Virus record (IMG/VR): IMGVR_UViG_3300045988_183612
Reading direction: 5' to 3' (one strand)
From: a virus
DNA: 64,000 nt
Positions 19,218-29,525 of this stretch are shown one piece after another; position 1 is the stretch's first letter, and every line of letters begins with the position of its first letter. The position numbers were made by a program, and so were the translations under genes. The notes under the pieces were generated by a model that ran no database searches, was not told where the DNA came from, and worked only from the letters and a program-made list of their open reading frames with translations.

Positions 19218-20984
19218 ATGACAAAACAAAAATTTTTAAATTGTGCAGATAAAAATGAGAAGAGAGCTATTAAATTTATAACAGAACAAGAGAATAAGCA
19301 GTATCAATGCCATTATCAATTTGTTGCATTAAATGTTAATGATTCATCTAAGACAGCAGTTTTTAGGTCTAATGCAGAAGATGTGCTTTCTAATCTCAAT
19401 AAGGATTATTTGAACGAAGAATATAATAGATATATGTGCATTAACCCATTAAAGACATCTGTTGTTTCAGATAAAGAATTCTACGACAAAATTGAAATAG
19501 GTTTTTCTACTTCAGGGTATAGTACTGGTAAGACACCACATAGTAGAATACAAAAGCGAATGGCTAGGTGTGAAAAAAATATATTCTGTCTAAAAGCTAT
19601 ATGTGTAAGAATAATATGGCCAGAAGAAGATTATAAAGACAATATTCAATATTTCCTCAATAACTATGATTGTATTTTAGGAGATGCCCCAAAGCCTAAT
19701 ATTATTAACGCTATATATAATGAAGTTGAATTAATATATGGCATTGAAGAATTATCAAAGGATCTCTTGTGGAAATATAATCTGGTAGGAAAGGTATTGT
19801 CACAGGTTATAAATAAACAAATAGACATGAATGGAATTTCATTAGGTTTCCCTGAAGTAGATAAAGAGTCAGTAAAATGTGACTCTTTAATTCGTGTACC
19901 TGGAACTTATGATGCAATAAATTTTGAGACTCCAACATTATTATTTATTAATAAGAATAAAACAACTGTACATGATTTATATAACACATTACATCCTTTA
20001 TATTTTATAAAGAATAATGATAGATTGCATGATATTGTAAACTATGAAGATTCAGACAGCAAAAACAGCAATAAATTAAACCTTCCTTCATATTTACAGG
20101 ATAATTTAATAAACAGAATAGAATTCCTTAATAATTTTGCTAAGGATGCTGTTCCTAAGTATGTTGATAAATTAGATTTTGCCTATTACGCATATAATAC
20201 TTTAAGAGCAGCATATGATGATGAAACTGCCAAAAAGGAAATGCTGAAGCTAACAAATAAAACTTCAGAGCCATTATCAATTGATGAATTAGAATTATTT
20301 ACATTCAAAGATTTTAATAATGTTAATAATGTGAATTGGTGTAAATTTAAAACAACGACCTTCATAAAAGGGTTAGGATTGGATCCACTTACAGCAAGAA
20401 GAGAATATGGCCTTAAAAATCTTGAAGGCTATAGAATGGAAGAAAAGTTAAAGAAAAAAGAACAGGTAGAAAGAAACAAAAAACGAAGAGAATTTAAATA
20501 TAATAAAATTGTAGAATTATATGCAATGGGTAAAACATATAAGGAAATAATGAAAGAATTGCATGTATCTTCAAATGTAATTTCACGAAAGCTTACTGAA
20601 GATGCTGACAGACTTGAACAGATAAAAAATAATATCAAAGAGGTTAATAAAAGAAAAATTGTTAGCGCTACACGGAGGAATCCCATAGTAGACAAACAAA
20701 AGCTTGTAAAAAAATATAAAGAAAAGTTAGATACAATAAAAAAATATGCAAACAAATATAGAATACTTAAAAAGAAAATAAAGGAATTTATTTTAAATTC
20801 AAGCTTTTTTAATTTATTTGAAAAAATATATTATCAGGATAAAAAATGGGGACTATGGAAAGATGATGTTGACGATATCATCTTTAAACTTGATGCCTGC
20901 GGATTTATGAATAAACATAGCTTAAGTCATAATGACGTAAGTATTGCTCTTAATGCAAATTACAGGCTAGTATTTGATTTATAA
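19218..20984 (+). CDS. hypothetical protein with C-terminal HTH-like segment
   Basis: Start at MTKQK with an RBS. Motif at 19181 lies 35 bp upstream. C-terminal KIVELYAMGKTYKEIMKELHVSSNVISRKL resembles a sigma region-4/LuxR-type helix-turn-helix. Confidence 0.5.
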   Translation: MTKQKFLNCADKNEKRAIKFITEQENKQYQCHYQFVALNVNDSSKTAVFRSNAEDVLSNLNKDYLNEEYNRYMCINPLKTSVVSDKEFYDKIEIGFSTSGYSTGKTPHSRIQKRMARCEKNIFCLKAICVRIIWPEEDYKDNIQYFLNNYDCILGDAPKPNIINAIYNEVELIYGIEELSKDLLWKYNLVGKVLSQVINKQIDMNGISLGFPEVDKESVKCDSLIRVPGTYDAINFETPTLLFINKNKTTVHDLYNTLHPLYFIKNNDRLHDIVNYEDSDSKNSNKLNLPSYLQDNLINRIEFLNNFAKDAVPKYVDKLDFAYYAYNTLRAAYDDETAKKEMLKLTNKTSEPLSIDELELFTFKDFNNVNNVNWCKFKTTTFIKGLGLDPLTARREYGLKNLEGYRMEEKLKKKEQVERNKKRREFKYNKIVELYAMGKTYKEIMKELHVSSNVISRKLTEDADRLEQIKNNIKEVNKRKIVSATRRNPIVDKQKLVKKYKEKLDTIKKYANKYRILKKKIKEFILNSSFFNLFEKIYYQDKKWGLWKDDVDDIIFKLDACGFMNKHSLSHNDVSIALNANYRLVFDL

Positions 20985-21343
20985 AAAAATAATTTCAATA
21001 TTTTAGGATTTTGAATAGCGTATACACGGTATTCCTATTAAAGTTACCCTAAAAGCAAATGAATCATTTCATATATTATTTTTATGAATTTTAAAAATAT
21101 CAACAGCACCCAGAATTATATTTTTGAATATTTTTGATATACAAATTAATCTATTAATAAGCTGATTTATATTTTAGTAATTATTTGTTTTCTAAAATGT
21201 AATTTTATAAAAATTATAGTAAAACTCCATACTCTATTATTAATAAATTTGATATTTTCATATTAATTAAATTAAGTCTAAAAATTACTTTATCATTTAT
21301 TGTAATAAGGGAATAAAAATTATATACATACTCCTATTAATTT

Positions 21344-21354
21344 TTCTGTCATAT
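21344..21354 (+). promoter_or_regulatory. TTCTGTCATAT-family motif
   Basis: TTCTGTCATAT, 45 bp before ATG 21391. Confidence 0.6.
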
Positions 21355-21390
21355 ATCTATCAGAATATAATTAATAAAGGAGAAGAAATA

Positions 21391-21777
21391 ATGAATAAAA
21401 ATATATTAAATCATTTTTTCTTAAAGAAATATAACTCTGTTGCTGCAGGTTATACAACTTATTGGCGTGATATTGAAAAATATACAGCTATGCAGCAGAC
21501 AAAGTTATGTGTAACTTTGTTAATTTCTATTTTTACAAATTTGAATTTATTAACTACAGGTTTAATACATATTATATTAAGTATAATAAGTATTTTGTCT
21601 TATGTTATATTCTTTACTTTTCTTATAGGATTTATAAATGATGTACATTATTTTAAATCTGATGTAAGAAGAGTAAAACAATATTCTTTTTTAGTGGATG
21701 AAAGAATTATTCAAATTTGTAAAGAGATAGATAAACTTCCTAAGTATTATTATTCAGGGTTGTTTTTCTATTTATGA
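21391..21777 (+). CDS. hypothetical membrane protein
   Basis: AAAGGAG RBS. Hydrophobic core. Confidence 0.5.
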   Translation: MNKNILNHFFLKKYNSVAAGYTTYWRDIEKYTAMQQTKLCVTLLISIFTNLNLLTTGLIHIILSIISILSYVIFFTFLIGFINDVHYFKSDVRRVKQYSFLVDERIIQICKEIDKLPKYYYSGLFFYL

Positions 21778-21835
21778 TTCAGAAGTATACATTGTATTGC
21801 ATAAAACAATATAATGTATGCTTTTTATTTTATTT

Positions 21836-21846
21836 TTCTGTCATTA
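21836..21846 (+). promoter_or_regulatory. TTCTGTCATAT-family motif
   Basis: TTCTGTCATTA, 45 bp before the RecJ-like ATG 21883. Confidence 0.6.
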
Positions 21847-21882
21847 ATTTGTTAAATAATATTGAAAAGGAGAACAAATTAT

Positions 21883-23637
21883 ATGTGTATAACATGGAAG
21901 AAGAAAAATACTGATGAGGTAAATTTTATTGAAAAAGCAAATAAATATTTTGCTGATTTTAATAATGGTAGAGAAACATCTGAATATTATAAAATTTCCG
22001 ATTTTGACAAGGCGTTTAATTTACTTAGTTTATTTAAATATAAGCCAGTTAGAATAATAGGAGATTATGATACCGATGGAATATGTTCAACATCTGAATT
22101 AAATCTTATGTTATTAGACCTTAAATTCTCAGATGTAAAATGGTATATACCAGATAGAGAATTAGATGGATATGGAGCTTCTGCAAATATTGTAGAATAT
22201 TTATGTAACGAAATATCAATTCATGGTTTACCAGTTATAAAAAATTATGATACAGGATTATTAATAACTGTAGATAATGGTATCGCAGCTCTTGATGCAA
22301 TAACAAAGGCAAAAGAATTAGGTTGGAGTGTTCTTATTTTAGATCATCACCTTCCAGTTATTGACGAAACCAATAAAAAAAAAATATTGCCACCTGCAGA
22401 TGTAATTATTGATCCTCATGCAGTTGATTGTGGTGCAAAATTCTCAGATTATTGTGGTGCAGGGCTTGTATATAAATTTGCTCAGCATATTAAGCAATTA
22501 AATTTGCCAGAATGGTATATTAAAGATGAAACAATAGATAAGATAAACGGTCTTGCTGCTATTGCAACTGTTGGTGATAGTGTTAATTTAATTGAAAATA
22601 TTAATGGAGTATATGGATATGATAATTATTTAATACTCAAGAACGGGCTATTCACATTAACACAGAATTCTGGACGTACAACCGGAATGTTCTGCTTACT
22701 TGTAGGTCTTAAACCTGATCTTGAAACTGTTGTAACAACTGATGATTTAGCTTATTTAATAAGTCCTACCATTAACGCTATTTCAAGACTGGAAACTTTT
22801 GGTTCTAATCAGGTAGTAGACCTTTTCCTTCAGAATGACAATGACTTTGTTACAGCAATTGCAAAAGCAAAGGTTCTAGTAGAAGCAAACGAAAAAAGAA
22901 AGGCATATACTAATGACCTTTTACCTGTTTTAAAACAGCGTATAGAGGAAGCTCATATGGAAAATGACTATCCTATTGTTATATGTGGTAAGGAAGGAGA
23001 AATACATCCGGGAGTTATTGGCTTAATTGCCGGTAAGTTACAGGAAGAATACAATACTTCTGTTATTGTATTTGCTCCAATAAATAATGGTACCGCCTAT
23101 AAAGGTTCTGCAAGAGCACCAGAAATTGAAGGGGCAAATGTTAATATGAAGTTATTATTAGATCAGGTTAAGCAGTATATGGGTAATTATGGAGGACATC
23201 CGTATGCAGCAGGTATTTCAGAAGTTAAAGCTGAAAATATGGATAAGTTTATTGAAGCTATACATGAAGCTGCAGGAGAAAAGCCAAAAGAGTTCAATTA
23301 CAAGTATTATGATTACGATATTACAGTAGAGCAGGTAAAGGAAGAGCAGGAAGCCTTTCATAATTACATTTTTGGAAAAGGATTTGAAGAGCCAAGATAT
23401 AAAATTTCTTATATGACAGAACTAAGAAAAGGTGTATATTATCAGCTTTTGGGTGCTGAAAAAAAGGTTTTAAAACTCTTTAATAATCAGGCTAACGCAA
23501 TTAATTTTGGCGGGTTAGTTGAAAAATTTGAAAAGCTTGGAGAACCAACTGTTTTAACTTTATATGGAAGATTAAGTGAAAATACATGGAATGGCGTAAC
23601 AACTCCACAGATTATTTTCGAAGATATTGATTATTAA
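21883..23637 (+). CDS. RecJ-like DHH/DHHA1 phosphoesterase (ssDNA exonuclease)
   Basis: DHH motifs IIGDYDTDGI, ILDHHLP. DHHA1 motif GGHPYAAG. Start chosen at the ATG after an AAAAGGAGAAC RBS. Confidence 0.75.
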   Translation: MCITWKKKNTDEVNFIEKANKYFADFNNGRETSEYYKISDFDKAFNLLSLFKYKPVRIIGDYDTDGICSTSELNLMLLDLKFSDVKWYIPDRELDGYGASANIVEYLCNEISIHGLPVIKNYDTGLLITVDNGIAALDAITKAKELGWSVLILDHHLPVIDETNKKKILPPADVIIDPHAVDCGAKFSDYCGAGLVYKFAQHIKQLNLPEWYIKDETIDKINGLAAIATVGDSVNLIENINGVYGYDNYLILKNGLFTLTQNSGRTTGMFCLLVGLKPDLETVVTTDDLAYLISPTINAISRLETFGSNQVVDLFLQNDNDFVTAIAKAKVLVEANEKRKAYTNDLLPVLKQRIEEAHMENDYPIVICGKEGEIHPGVIGLIAGKLQEEYNTSVIVFAPINNGTAYKGSARAPEIEGANVNMKLLLDQVKQYMGNYGGHPYAAGISEVKAENMDKFIEAIHEAAGEKPKEFNYKYYDYDITVEQVKEEQEAFHNYIFGKGFEEPRYKISYMTELRKGVYYQLLGAEKKVLKLFNNQANAINFGGLVEKFEKLGEPTVLTLYGRLSENTWNGVTTPQIIFEDIDY

Positions 23638-23721
23638 TATCTGAATACACAACACAGCAACTAAATATTTTAATAAATAAGGCAATTTCATTGATTTGAG
23701 ATTGTCTTATTTTTCTTTTTA

Positions 23722-23732
23722 AGCTGTCATAT
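23722..23732 (+). promoter_or_regulatory. TTCTGTCATAT-family motif
   Basis: AGCTGTCATAT, 44 bp before ATG 23768. Confidence 0.55.
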
Positions 23733-23767
23733 TTTTAATATAAAGTTATATATATTGGAGGAAAAAT

Positions 23768-24259
23768 ATGGAAAATAATAGACAGATTATATTAGCAATA
23801 GATCCAGGAGATGTTAAATCGGCTTATTCATTATTAGATAGTAATTATCATATATTGGACAAAGGATTATTAGATAATAATGAATTATTAAAATTAATGA
23901 ATAAAATTGATTTTGATATTTTAGCAATAGAAATGATAGCTTCATATGGTATGGCAGTAGGAAAAACTGTATTTGATACATGTGTATGGATTGGCAGATT
24001 CATTCAAGTAACTGAAAGCAGAAATATTAAATGGACGCAAATATACAGAATAGAAGAAAAACAATTTATTTGCCATGATTCGAGAGCAAAGGATGCGAAT
24101 ATAAGGCAAGCATTAATAGATAGATTTGGAATTGTAGGAACTAAAAAGAATCCGGGATGGTTTTATGGCTTTAAAAAAGATATCTGGGCTTCATATGCTG
24201 TTGGTGTAGTCTATTTAGATAAAAAGAGAGAAGAGTTGCTTAAACAAAATGTCTCTTAA
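23768..24259 (+). CDS. RuvC/YqgF-like RNase H-fold resolvase
   Basis: N-terminal IILAIDPGDVKSAY matches the RuvC/YqgF catalytic Asp motif. Sits between the RecJ-like gene and recA. Confidence 0.5.
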   Translation: MENNRQIILAIDPGDVKSAYSLLDSNYHILDKGLLDNNELLKLMNKIDFDILAIEMIASYGMAVGKTVFDTCVWIGRFIQVTESRNIKWTQIYRIEEKQFICHDSRAKDANIRQALIDRFGIVGTKKNPGWFYGFKKDIWASYAVGVVYLDKKREELLKQNVS

Positions 24260-24300
24260 ATATAAATTAAATTAATTTATGTAAAAAATTGTTCAACAAA

Positions 24301-24311
24301 AACTGTCATAT
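24301..24311 (+). promoter_or_regulatory. TTCTGTCATAT-family motif
   Basis: AACTGTCATAT, 47 bp before the recA ATG 24350. Confidence 0.6.
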
Positions 24312-24349
24312 ATATCAATGTATAAATCATTTTTTAGGAGGAATTAAAT

Positions 24350-25444
24350 ATGGGAAGACCACCAAAGAATATTAATGCCGAAACACAGGGTAACGAATCA
24401 ATTTCAAATGACAAATTAAAAGCACTTGATGCTGCAATGTTAGAAATTGAAAAGACTTATGGTAAAGGTTCTGTTTTTAAATTAGGTGATACAAAGAAAT
24501 TAAATGTTGAAACATTTTCATCAGGTTCCTTAGCACTGGATCAGGCTTTAGGCGGAGGAATTCCAAAAGGAAGAATTATAGAAGTATTTGGCCCGGAATC
24601 AAGTGGTAAAACAACTTTAACCTTGCATATGATTGCAGAAATACAAAAAAATGGTGGAATTGCCGGGTTTATTGATGCTGAACATGCATTAGATCCTGTT
24701 TATGCTTCTAATTTAGGTGTGGATATAAATAATTTATATATTTCACAGCCAGACAGCGGAGAACAGGCTTTAGAAATAGCAGAAACAATGGTAAGATCCG
24801 GAGCTTTAGATTTGGTTGTAATAGATTCTGTAGCAGCTCTTGTACCTAAGGCAGAAATTGATGGAGAAATGGGGGATTCACATGTTGGATTACAAGCAAG
24901 ACTTATGTCGCAGGCTTTAAGGAAACTGACTCCCGTTGTAAGTAAAAGTAATTGTTCAGTTATTTTTATTAATCAGTTAAGAGAAAAGGTTGGAATTATG
25001 TTTGGCAACCCAGAAACAACAACTGGGGGACGAGCATTAAAGTTTTACTCTTCTGTAAGAATTGATGTACGAAGAATTGAGTCAATTAAGGAAGGCGGAG
25101 CCATTGTTGCTAACAGAACAAAAGCAAAGGTAGTTAAAAATAAAATAGCTCCTCCATTTAAGGAGGCAACATTTGAAATTTCATTTGGTAAAGGTATAGA
25201 CAAGAATGGTGAAATAATTGATTTAGCTGTTGAACATGGATTTATCAATAAAACTGGAGCTTGGTTTACAGATGTAGAAGATTCTAGTTTAAGATGGCAG
25301 GGCAGAGCAAATGCTAAATTATATATAGAAGAGCACTCGGAATATAAAGATAAATTAGAAACTTTAATCAGAAAAAGACTTAAGGGAGAAGAAAATATTA
25401 CATCCTTTACCGAAAAAAATATAAAAAATGTAATTGATGAGTAA
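24350..25444 (+). CDS. recA: RecA recombinase
   Basis: Canonical RecA along the whole length: [39 protein letters not shown], and loops L1/L2. Confidence 0.95.
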   Translation: MGRPPKNINAETQGNESISNDKLKALDAAMLEIEKTYGKGSVFKLGDTKKLNVETFSSGSLALDQALGGGIPKGRIIEVFGPESSGKTTLTLHMIAEIQKNGGIAGFIDAEHALDPVYASNLGVDINNLYISQPDSGEQALEIAETMVRSGALDLVVIDSVAALVPKAEIDGEMGDSHVGLQARLMSQALRKLTPVVSKSNCSVIFINQLREKVGIMFGNPETTTGGRALKFYSSVRIDVRRIESIKEGGAIVANRTKAKVVKNKIAPPFKEATFEISFGKGIDKNGEIIDLAVEHGFINKTGAWFTDVEDSSLRWQGRANAKLYIEEHSEYKDKLETLIRKRLKGEENITSFTEKNIKNVIDE

Positions 25445-25466
25445 AAATCATCATATTATTTTTTAT

Positions 25467-25477
25467 TTCTGTCATAT
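25467..25477 (+). promoter_or_regulatory. TTCTGTCATAT-family motif (no ORF downstream)
   Basis: TTCTGTCATAT heading the ORF-free unit 25467..25891. Confidence 0.55.
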
Positions 25478-25524
25478 TATATATGCTTTCAAATTAATGG
25501 AGTATTTTTGAGTATTATTTACAA

Positions 25525-25800
25525 CATCCTACTTTTTAAAATAAAAAACAATTTGGTTATTATATTTGTTGTAAGCTGACTCAGATTTATATTTTAAGGC
25601 ATAATATATATAGCATCCTACTTTTTAATATTCTGATAGTAAGTATGATTATATCAGGTTTTCTTTTGAGACATCCTGCGGGATTAAATAAAGAATAAAC
25701 TTGTTATAATCATAGATCCTTTTGCTATATGCTGATGTATTAAAATATAAAAAATATATAATAATATTTATGCTAAACATCCTACTTTTATTTCAAATTA
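25525..25800 (+). repeat. three dispersed copies of CATCCTACTTTT plus one CATCCTGCGGG variant in a non-coding unit
   Basis: Copies at ~25525, 25624 and 25788, variant at 25670. They sit between promoter motif 25467 and terminator 25844..25891, with no ORF in between. Confidence 0.6.
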
Positions 25801-25843
25801 TGGAAAATTATTTTTTTGTTTAACGCTGATTATTATATTATTT

Positions 25844-25891
25844 GAGTCTTAATGTCATAGTAAATAAACTATGATATTAAGACTTTTTTTG
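25844..25891 (+). terminator. rho-independent terminator
   Basis: GAGTCTTAATGTCATAG...CTATGATATTAAGACTTTTTTT. Confidence 0.65.
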
Positions 25892-25928
25892 TAAGAACTA
25901 TTGTGTTTATTTTTTTGGAGGTTATATT

Positions 25929-28463
25929 ATGAATAAATCTATTAATTCTATTTTATTTAACAATCTATCTAAGTTTTCAATCCCACAAAATCCCATTGAT
26001 ATTGAATATGAAAACATTAATATGGCTTTATCAGTTAATAGAAATTTGGAAAGTTATGGTTATACATTAAGCACGGATGCTATATCCGCATTAGCTAAAT
26101 TGCCTGCACAAGAAATATGTGGGGTATATAATGATTTGACAGATATTATTAAAGAATATAAAGGGATTGATGAATTTAATTCTGTTGAGTTATTCTATCC
26201 TAATTTCCCGGAAGAAGTCATGGATAAATCTGAGGAAGCATTATATATTAATTCGTTATTATATTATACATTTTCTCAGACAGATGATGAAAGATGTAAA
26301 ACGATAGCACAGATGATAAGAGATTCTGTAACTGAGGAAAAAGTTAATAGACTCCCATTATTGGAAAACTTCCCTGACAAATTAAAGGTAATTAATAATA
26401 CAAATATAAAAGAATTAGATGAATTAATGATAAACAGAATTCATGCGCCAAAAGGTATGAATGAAGAAAACTTGAAAGATGTTGAAACATATTTTCGTGA
26501 ATATCCGTTTAAAATTGATCAAATTGTTTCAACCGAGACATCTTATCAGAGTAAAGAAAATTTAGTTAAAACAGCTAGTCTATTATATAAACTGGGTGCA
26601 AGAAATTCAGCAGTTAATATGATAAAGGATTCTAAAGATGTATTAAGATTTGCAGCAGAACTTTCAAATCAGAATTTTGGAAGCAAAGTTAATGATATAT
26701 CATTAAATACTAAGAAAACAGTTTCAAATAAGAACGGCAAAGTTAAATATAAGTTAACCAATTCAGACAAAAGGTTAATAAAGGATATGTTAAATAACTG
26801 TCCAAATCTTTACTATGATATCTGGAAGGATGAAGGATTATATAAGAGATTAATGAATAGAATTGATTCACATACTGGTCCTGAAAGAGTAGTAAAGGCA
26901 TTCGATAATCTTGCTAATAAAATAAAAAAGGATGAAAATGGTAAGGATATTATTCCAGTCCCAAGACAGTTTGAAAAAGCGATAGATAATCTTATTAAAG
27001 TTTCATCATTTGAAAATGTACAAAAATTTAATAAGCTTGCGGATAATTTTCCTGGGTATTTTGTTCAGCATTATATTCAGTATGTTGATGAAGCAGCAAA
27101 AAAAGGCAATGCTTTAGCTTTAACTTCAATTGCAAACAAAATTATGTATTGTAATGTTCCTGTGCAATCAATGCTTACTATGTATAATTCGTTTGAATTA
27201 AGAAATAAAGAACATGAGAATAGAATTTATAAGAATAAAAATGGAAAATTATTAGTTTCAGACAATAAACCATTACATCTTTCAGATGCTCAAATGAATA
27301 ATATAAGAAATATTATTAGACAGACTATTGTTCATAACATTTCAGATACAAAACAGTTGGGTAAAGTATATATTGACCCTAAATTAGAAGATATTAAAAT
27401 TCCTTTAAGAGATATGAGAGATTGTTCTGCAGGTAATATTATTACTCCATATAGTAGATTATCAGGTGATCAGAATAAAAACTTATTAGCTTATGGAATA
27501 TACTGGAAAAATTATAAGGATAATAATGGACATGAAGTAAGAGGGGACATTGATTTAAGTGTTAAGTTTTATAATGATAAAAACATAGTAGTTGATACTC
27601 TGTATTATTATAATTTAAAATCCGGAAAATTTGGTGTACATAGTGGTGATTATACAGATGCCCCAAATGGTGCTACTGAAATGGTTTTATTAGATAAAAA
27701 AGCTATGAAAGATGCCGGTATTAAATATGCTGTTGTAGAAATTCATGGATTCTCAGTGCCATTTAATAAAGCTGAAGGACTTAAATTTATTGAAATGGAA
27801 AAAGAGGGTTCTTTAGGTGAGTATATGGATACAAGAAAAGCATGTCATAGGGATCATGATGCTGAATATGATGATTATGATGAGACTATTGATTTTACTA
27901 AAGATGAACGATCTGTTATTTTCCTTGGAAAACAGTTCGAAATATCACAGATTGAGCATCCAATTAAAATAAATGCAGCATCAACCATGGCAACTCCATG
28001 TGTTTATGATGTAGAAAACGATGTGACATATTGGATTGACCATGTAGACAGTTTAAATTTAGGTCAGAATGTTGTTTCAAATGATTTAAATAAACAGACA
28101 TCAGTTGAATTAGGATATATATTAAATAACGCTATTCCAGATATGAAACAATTATTTGATTTATATGCCGAAGGCTGCGGAGAGCTTACAGCTGATATAA
28201 AAGAGGCTGATACAGTGTTCTCATTATATCCACTAGATGTTCAAAAAGAAGGTCTGAAAGAGAATGCAAAGGTAGTATCATCGTATGACCTTGATTATAT
28301 TTCTAATGAATTTTGCGGTAAATCTGAAAAATTAGATAATCCTGTTGCAAATAAGGAATTAGAAAAAGAAACAGTAAAGGCAGCAGATGAATTAGATTTA
28401 AAGAATTTATCTAAAGTAAAACATAAGGAAAATAGAATATTTGATGACGAATTAGAATTATAG
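25929..28463 (+). CDS. large hypothetical protein (844 aa), possible TerD-like domain
   Basis: Segment GDIDLSVKF...VHSGDYTDAPNGATEMVLLD resembles the TerD calcium-binding core. Ends in TAG followed by terminator 28483..28513. Confidence 0.5.
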   Translation: MNKSINSILFNNLSKFSIPQNPIDIEYENINMALSVNRNLESYGYTLSTDAISALAKLPAQEICGVYNDLTDIIKEYKGIDEFNSVELFYPNFPEEVMDKSEEALYINSLLYYTFSQTDDERCKTIAQMIRDSVTEEKVNRLPLLENFPDKLKVINNTNIKELDELMINRIHAPKGMNEENLKDVETYFREYPFKIDQIVSTETSYQSKENLVKTASLLYKLGARNSAVNMIKDSKDVLRFAAELSNQNFGSKVNDISLNTKKTVSNKNGKVKYKLTNSDKRLIKDMLNNCPNLYYDIWKDEGLYKRLMNRIDSHTGPERVVKAFDNLANKIKKDENGKDIIPVPRQFEKAIDNLIKVSSFENVQKFNKLADNFPGYFVQHYIQYVDEAAKKGNALALTSIANKIMYCNVPVQSMLTMYNSFELRNKEHENRIYKNKNGKLLVSDNKPLHLSDAQMNNIRNIIRQTIVHNISDTKQLGKVYIDPKLEDIKIPLRDMRDCSAGNIITPYSRLSGDQNKNLLAYGIYWKNYKDNNGHEVRGDIDLSVKFYNDKNIVVDTLYYYNLKSGKFGVHSGDYTDAPNGATEMVLLDKKAMKDAGIKYAVVEIHGFSVPFNKAEGLKFIEMEKEGSLGEYMDTRKACHRDHDAEYDDYDETIDFTKDERSVIFLGKQFEISQIEHPIKINAASTMATPCVYDVENDVTYWIDHVDSLNLGQNVVSNDLNKQTSVELGYILNNAIPDMKQLFDLYAEGCGELTADIKEADTVFSLYPLDVQKEGLKENAKVVSSYDLDYISNEFCGKSEKLDNPVANKELEKETVKAADELDLKNLSKVKHKENRIFDDELEL

Positions 28464-28482
28464 TTTATTATTTCACAATTAA

Positions 28483-28513
28483 ACTGTCAGGACGATTCCT
28501 GACAGTTTTTTTT
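28483..28513 (+). terminator. rho-independent terminator
   Basis: AACTGTCAGGACGATTCCTGACAGTTTTTTTT. Confidence 0.75.
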
Positions 28514-28518
28514 ATTTC

Positions 28519-28529
28519 CTCTGTCATAT
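28519..28529 (+). promoter_or_regulatory. TTCTGTCATAT-family motif
   Basis: CTCTGTCATAT, 46 bp before ATG 28567. Confidence 0.6.
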
Positions 28530-28566
28530 TAAAAATATAATATATTTTTTAATTATGGAGGACTTT

Positions 28567-28989
28567 ATGTTTAAAATTATGAGAAAAACAAAACAAAAAC
28601 AAGTGTCAAGACAAAAAATTAGATATGAATTAAACCAGATAATCAATAATTTCATTTCAGAAATTAATTATGAATATATTTTTAGTTATAATTTTAATAT
28701 ATACAATGGAATTTCTGCATTTACAATTTCGGAAGACAGAATAAGATTTAATGCTAAAGATAAGAAGGTTCATATTATTCAAAATGATCACAAAGATAAA
28801 TTCATAATGAATTATGATAAGTTAAGAAATTTACTAATTAAATATTATGATCTGGATAAATCAGTATTAGAAAATCCAGTATTAACATATACATTCGTGG
28901 ATAACAAAAGCAACATTATAAAAATAGTTTTAATAGAAAACTTTGTAGCAGATGCGGATTCTAATTTAATTAGAATTTTGATTAAATGA
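28567..28989 (+). CDS. hypothetical protein
   Basis: ATGGAGG RBS then ATG. Motif at 28519. Confidence 0.5.
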   Translation: MFKIMRKTKQKQVSRQKIRYELNQIINNFISEINYEYIFSYNFNIYNGISAFTISEDRIRFNAKDKKVHIIQNDHKDKFIMNYDKLRNLLIKYYDLDKSVLENPVLTYTFVDNKSNIIKIVLIENFVADADSNLIRILIK

Positions 28990-29050
28990 TATTTTATGTC
29001 ATATATAAAATATTCAATTAAAAAGGAAAAATCAATTATATTTCTATATT

Positions 29051-29105
29051 ATCGAAGAATAGCAAGAAAATTCCATTCGACAATAGTCGGTTATGAATAG
29101 TTCAT
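29051..29105 (+). repeat. 55-bp structured intergenic repeat, copy 3
   Basis: ATCGAAGAATAGCAAGAAAATTCCATTCGACAATAGTCGGTTATGAATAGTTCA, followed by terminator 29131..29162. Confidence 0.7.
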
Positions 29106-29130
29106 AAAACAATTTAGAAATTAATATTTT

Positions 29131-29162
29131 AGCAGGAGATAAGCAAGTATCTCCTGCTTTTG
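29131..29162 (+). terminator. rho-independent terminator
   Basis: AGCAGGAGATAAGCAAGTATCTCCTGCTTTT. Confidence 0.75.
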
Positions 29163-29207
29163 TTATATCATAATGAATTTAGAATCTCCTTTCATTCATG
29201 ATTTTTT

Positions 29208-29218
29208 TTCTGTCATAT
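29208..29218 (+). promoter_or_regulatory. TTCTGTCATAT-family motif
   Basis: TTCTGTCATAT, 43 bp before ATG 29253. Confidence 0.6.
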
Positions 29219-29252
29219 CCTTTATATCAAAAATTTAAAGGAGGAATTTGTT

Positions 29253-29525
29253 ATGAATAAATTTGATTTTACGCCATGGAGAAAGGCTTTAGCAGTAGAA
29301 GTTAACAAAAATAAAGAGGATAATTATCCATATGTATGCAAAAATGTTTCTTCATCAGAAGGCATTGAATTAATAAACAGTGAAGAAAATGTTTTTTATT
29401 TAGCTCCTGGAGATCATTTATATGCTACAAAGGATCTAGTTGTTGAATCCCTTAAAGCAATTGGCGGATATTGCAGCAATGCGCATATTGAAGGTAATGA
29501 AGTTGTTGTGGAGGCAGTTGCATGA
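29253..29525 (+). CDS. hypothetical protein (90 aa)
   Basis: AAAGGAGG RBS, motif at 29208. Confidence 0.5.
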   Translation: MNKFDFTPWRKALAVEVNKNKEDNYPYVCKNVSSSEGIELINSEENVFYLAPGDHLYATKDLVVESLKAIGGYCSNAHIEGNEVVVEAVA

